From the NCBI RefSeq assembly GCF_000143415.4, contig NW_003314303.1, forward strand, positions 434,460 through 498,459: a stretch of 64,000 nucleotides of DNA, given 5' to 3'. Position numbers and translations under genes: made by a program. Numbering within the stretch: the stretch's first letter is position 1; each line of letters begins with the position of its first letter. Origin of the DNA: Selaginella moellendorffii. Lineage: Eukaryota > Plantae > Lycopodiophyta. This document shows, piece after piece, positions 60,162-64,000 of the stretch. Under the pieces are notes generated by a model, which searched no databases, was not told the origin of the DNA, and was given only the letters and a program-made list of their open reading frames with translations.

Positions 60162-63100
60162 GTTCGTGGGGCCTTATGAGATTGAGGCACGAATCGGTAA
60201 AGTGGCTTACCATCTCCGACTTCCTCGAGAGATGGGGAAGATGCATCCAGTGTTCCACGTGAACTTACTCAAGCTGTACTTTGGGGATCCGCTTCGCAAG
60301 GACCAAGTGAGACCTTTACCCGAGGTTATCCAAGGGGAAGAGGAATACGAAGTTGAGGCTATCCTCAATGCGCGCAAGAGCAAGTGACAAAGATGCGAGG
60401 TGAGAGAGTTCCATGTGAAGTGGAAAGGATTTCCACACTGCGAAGCAACATGGGAACCGGAGGAGAACCTAGCGAACGCGCGAGATCTAGTGGAGGAATT
60501 TCTACAAGGCAGAACTCTATGTACTTATGCAAAGTTCAATTAAAATATCAATTTGCAAAGTTGAGCAAGTGGCATATGTTGGGACCCGAAGGCGCGCCGA
60601 AGGTAAGCTAATTAGCATGGGTTAGCTATGTCGACTAGGCGTAGGGCACTACGCCTGACTCCCTATGGGGATGTCGAATCCGTAAACGTATTCTACGGAG
60701 GTTGGGTTTGAGTCCCAACCCCCTAGTAAAGCAAGGCTGGGTTCAAGTCCCGACCTCATACTAGGGCGTGGTGAGGTGAGGAGTATAGGGACACCTATAT
60801 TCCGTTGTCATGGGCTCTTGGCTGGGGAGGCTAACTTAGGCACACCGCTAAGTGGGGGGATGCCCCCGGAGACATGGTCAGGAAGTCGTAGGATAAGAAA
60901 GAGACGTTCGATGTGGGCATCGAACTTCTTCTATGGGTGGTGGAGTTGTAAGGAACCGACTCCCCGAGATGTCGCAGGCTAAAGGATCCCCGAAAGCATG
61001 AACGAAAGGACAAAGAGTTCATCGGATAGGACCGAGTCAAAGATCAAGTCCAAGACCGACTCTGAGACTGAGTTCGAGATAGAGTCTAGGATTGAGTCGA
61101 GGCTGAATCAGAGACCAAGTTCGAGACCGAGTTGAGACAGAGTCCAAGTTCCAAATCGGGTCCGAGACCGAGTCTGAGGTCGAGTCCGAAGTCGAGTCCC
61201 AGATCGGGTCCGAGATCGAGTCCGAAATCGAGTCCGAGACCAAGTCCAAAGTCGGGTCCGAGACCGAGTCCGAGGTCGAGTCCGAAGTCGAGTCCGAGAT
61301 CGGGTCCGAGATCAAGTTTGAAATCGAGTCCGAGACCAAGTCCGAAGTCGGGTCCAAGATCTAGTCTGAGATCGATTCTGAGACTAAATCCAAATACTAA
61401 TACAGCTCAAGGGGTGAAAGCCCAAAGCGTGCGTCTCCCAGGCGGGGGGGGGGGGGGGGGGGGCTGCAGGGGGTTCCAAAAGTATAGTAGGGATAGTGAA
61501 GTCTAGGAACCAGTCTTGAAGGAACTCTCCAGTGGTGCTTCCAAACTAACTCAAGGTTGAGACTGGGGCCGAGGGGCCTTGGGTGGGAGTGAGCATGGGC
61601 TTGGGTGGTGCCAGAGGGGCCACCCAGGGAAGTGCTCAAGAGCAGCTCCCACTCCCGAAAGGGAAACCGACTGCGGTGCTCCCGGCTCATGTGGAGTGGT
61701 GCCCCACTTGAGTACCTTGTGGCTCATTGGTCCTCGCCCTTCCTAGGGGCTTGGGCCTTCCCTTCGGGATGGAAGTGGGGGGGTAGAGGTACCCATACTG
61801 GGCCGTTAGGCCACGGTGTTTTGCACCGTCGTCCTAAAGCAAGTGTTGCACCCAAGGCTTGGGATTTAGAGGGTCCCATGATTAAGTCTTGTGGTACCAA
61901 GGGGTGTTAGGAACCTGGAGGCTTGGTGTGCTTGGCTGCTTGTGCCTGCAGGGAGTGTAGCCGAACCTTAAGTCCAGTCTAACCTGGGGAGGGGGATTGG
62001 GAGAGATTTGGGAATCCGTGGATGGAAGGCTAACGCTCCGTTGCTCGTGCAGTGAGTAGCTGAAACCAAGTAGGACCAAGTAGGAGCTGGTACAATAGGC
62101 GAGAACCTTGGCGAGGGAACTTAGCACAAGTCAAGGCAGTGTTGGTCGGATAGACGAGGTAAGCTGACAAATTGGAAAGGACAAAATTTGTGGCTTACAA
62201 TTTGGTATCGGAGCCTTTTCCTCAGTTCTAGCGAAGGATAGAGGCGGATTGCTGGGAAATAGCAAAGGCAGGGCGTAAGTGAACCCAGGCGAGGGAACTT
62301 AGCACAAGTCAAGGCAGTGTTGGTCGGATAGACGAGGTAAGCTGGCAAATTGGAAAGAAAAAATTTGTGGCTTATAATTTTGTATTGGTAAGTGCTAATG
62401 ACTAAGAATGATACTCATAAAATTTGTTTTTTATACACCAATTTGGTTTGTATGAGGTCTTGGTGATGCTATTCAATTTGAACAATACTTCAACGATTTT
62501 CCAATAGATGATAAATGAGGTTCTTTGCAATATGCCAAAGATAACTACTAATTTCATTAATGATATCTTGATCCATTCAAAGGGGATGTGAGAAGAGCAT
62601 ATCTATGATGTTCATAAGGTGTTAAATTGGTTATAGGTTGTTGGTTTAAAGCTAAAACAGTCAAAATGTATATTTGGGTCCAAAGACACAATTTATCTTA
62701 GGTCCTATATTTTTTTATGAAGGTTTGCAAATTAATCATAACAAACTTGTGGCTATTTTAAAGTTTCTTACTAAGAAGTGTGTGAATGATGTGTAGTGTT
62801 TTTTGGGCAAAGTGCAATATCTTGGTCATTTTGTTAATCATCTTTTGATTGCATTACACTGTTGCAAGTATTGTTAAAGTTGTTAACATCATTTTTCATC
62901 TAGTCTGAGGACTGTGAATAAACATTTACAAATCTAAAAAAGCTATTAATAATTCTTTCAATTTTGGCATGTTTCATTTTACATGTGGATGCTTTGGATA
63001 TCAATCTTGACAGTGTCTTAATGCAAGAGAGTATGAGTGTGCCTTGTCAAAATCATCCCATTGCATTCATTAGCCATACATTATAATTAATAGTTTAGGG

Positions 63101-64000
63101 TTTCAAGAAGCTTTATATGTATTTGTATAGTTCTCGAATGTTGATAAAAGGTGATTATGCTATGGCTACTTTGTTATTAAAGTGGAAGAATTATGTTGGT
63201 TGTACTCCTTAGTGGGCTCTAAAGTTTTGATATATAATTTCAAGATTGTTCATCACCCAAAGAATTTTATAGCTGATGTTGATGTGCTTTCTCAAGCTCT
63301 TCTCCCTTCTTCTTGATAAACTAGTTATTCTAGCATTTGTTAATTTTCTAGATGAGGATTCCATGCTAACAGTAATTGTTATACTTGATATTCAAAATTC
63401 ATAAGGTGTAGAGCAAAAATTACCTTCTGTTAAGCTCTATTTCGTTAAAGTGGGATTTATTTAGTAAAATGGGACTAGGTACAAATTTTCAAGTATTTGA
63501 AAATGACGTGAAATTATATGTTTTTTGTCCAGGGGCTAAACATATCTGGGGCATGGTGACTAGCGCGGTGACTTTGTGTCCAGACTGAGTCCATCTGGTT
63601 GTATAATAAATCTCATTGTCAAGGTGAACAAGCCGAATCTGAAGCTAAAGAAGAGCGATGGCATGCGCGCACTGGTGAGAACATTTAGATATTATTCAAT
63701 GTTATCTTTTTCTAACGAATCTAATTGTGAAGGTGTAGCAAGAGGCATTGCTAGTCTGGAGAAGTCATTTAACTCATTTGACCCTTAGTGTATTTTCATG
63801 AAACTAAATAACATTCATATTATTAAGGAATTTCTCTAGTACCTTTTTTTTACGACATAGAGGCTTGCATTTCTTTCACAGGTGATTTAGTAAAAGGCCT
63901 GAGGGCACATGCCATTCTATTTCTCAGACCGGTATTAAGATATACTAGTGCAAAGGGCCACATGCCATCACGCCTCCTCTGATTCAGATTCGGATTGTTC

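Larger units (their letters stand above)
54608..62376 (+). mobile_element. Element C: Ty3/gypsy chromovirus with two full LTRs plus a collapsed tandem copy, TSD ATTTT
   Basis: LTRs 54608-55749 and 60947-62199. Gag, CCHC knuckle (CYNCGEAGHFSREC), protease (LIDTGA), RT (YIDD), RNase H, integrase, GPY/F and chromodomain, with several stops/frameshifts. ATTTT at 54603-54607 and 62377-62381. Confidence 0.93.
39650..63400 (+). mobile_element. Element D: old, AT-rich decayed Ty3/gypsy host, split by elements A and C (ends approximate)
   Basis: Remnants: gag-like ALQWYNSL (~53020); RT SPWA..FCINY..LNEVT..NKYPL (54400-54607) continuing at 62382 (QFGLYEVLVM..FQ); RNase H HVDA..HPIAFISH (~62980-63080). 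Confidence 0.75.

Noticed and set aside
60735-60760. GGTTCAAGTCCC as a tRNA gene or SINE
   Set aside because: Only a T-arm/B-box-like motif, with no cloverleaf or A-box.

Overview
Eukaryotic, gene-dense land-plant DNA with ~50-bp GT-AG introns, a PLS-type PPR gene and plant-type TIM21/CtpA/RPB5. This architecture suggests a compact non-seed-plant genome such as a Selaginella-type lycophyte (inference). 2.2-19.3 kb is one giant 4-exon gene encoding a ~5,600-aa acidic protein with an MGKCSSK acylation-type N-terminus and ~26 near-identical 161-aa (483-bp) tandem repeats; two assembly gaps fall inside the array. 19-25 kb is a triplicated, deletion-riddled block [giant-gene 3' end / O-methyltransferase / small Zn-finger gene / TIM21 3' end] with one intact copy of each gene. 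25-39 kb holds tightly packed genes: TIM21, CCDC24-like, tRNA-Lys, CtpA, RPB5, SWIB, HSD-type SDR, PPR, CWC27-like cyclophilin, tRNA-Leu and FAM21/WASHC2-like. 39.6-64 kb is a nest of LTR retrotransposons. An old decayed Ty3/gypsy host (D) carries chromovirus A, which has a self-priming PBS and a GGGAAAC+hairpin -1 frameshift signal and is itself interrupted by a very young non-coding element (B). D also carries chromovirus C, whose integrase is split by two short spliceosomal-type introns and which ends in a collapsed tandem copy. All gene structures were reconstructed by eye and family calls come from motif recognition, not database searches.
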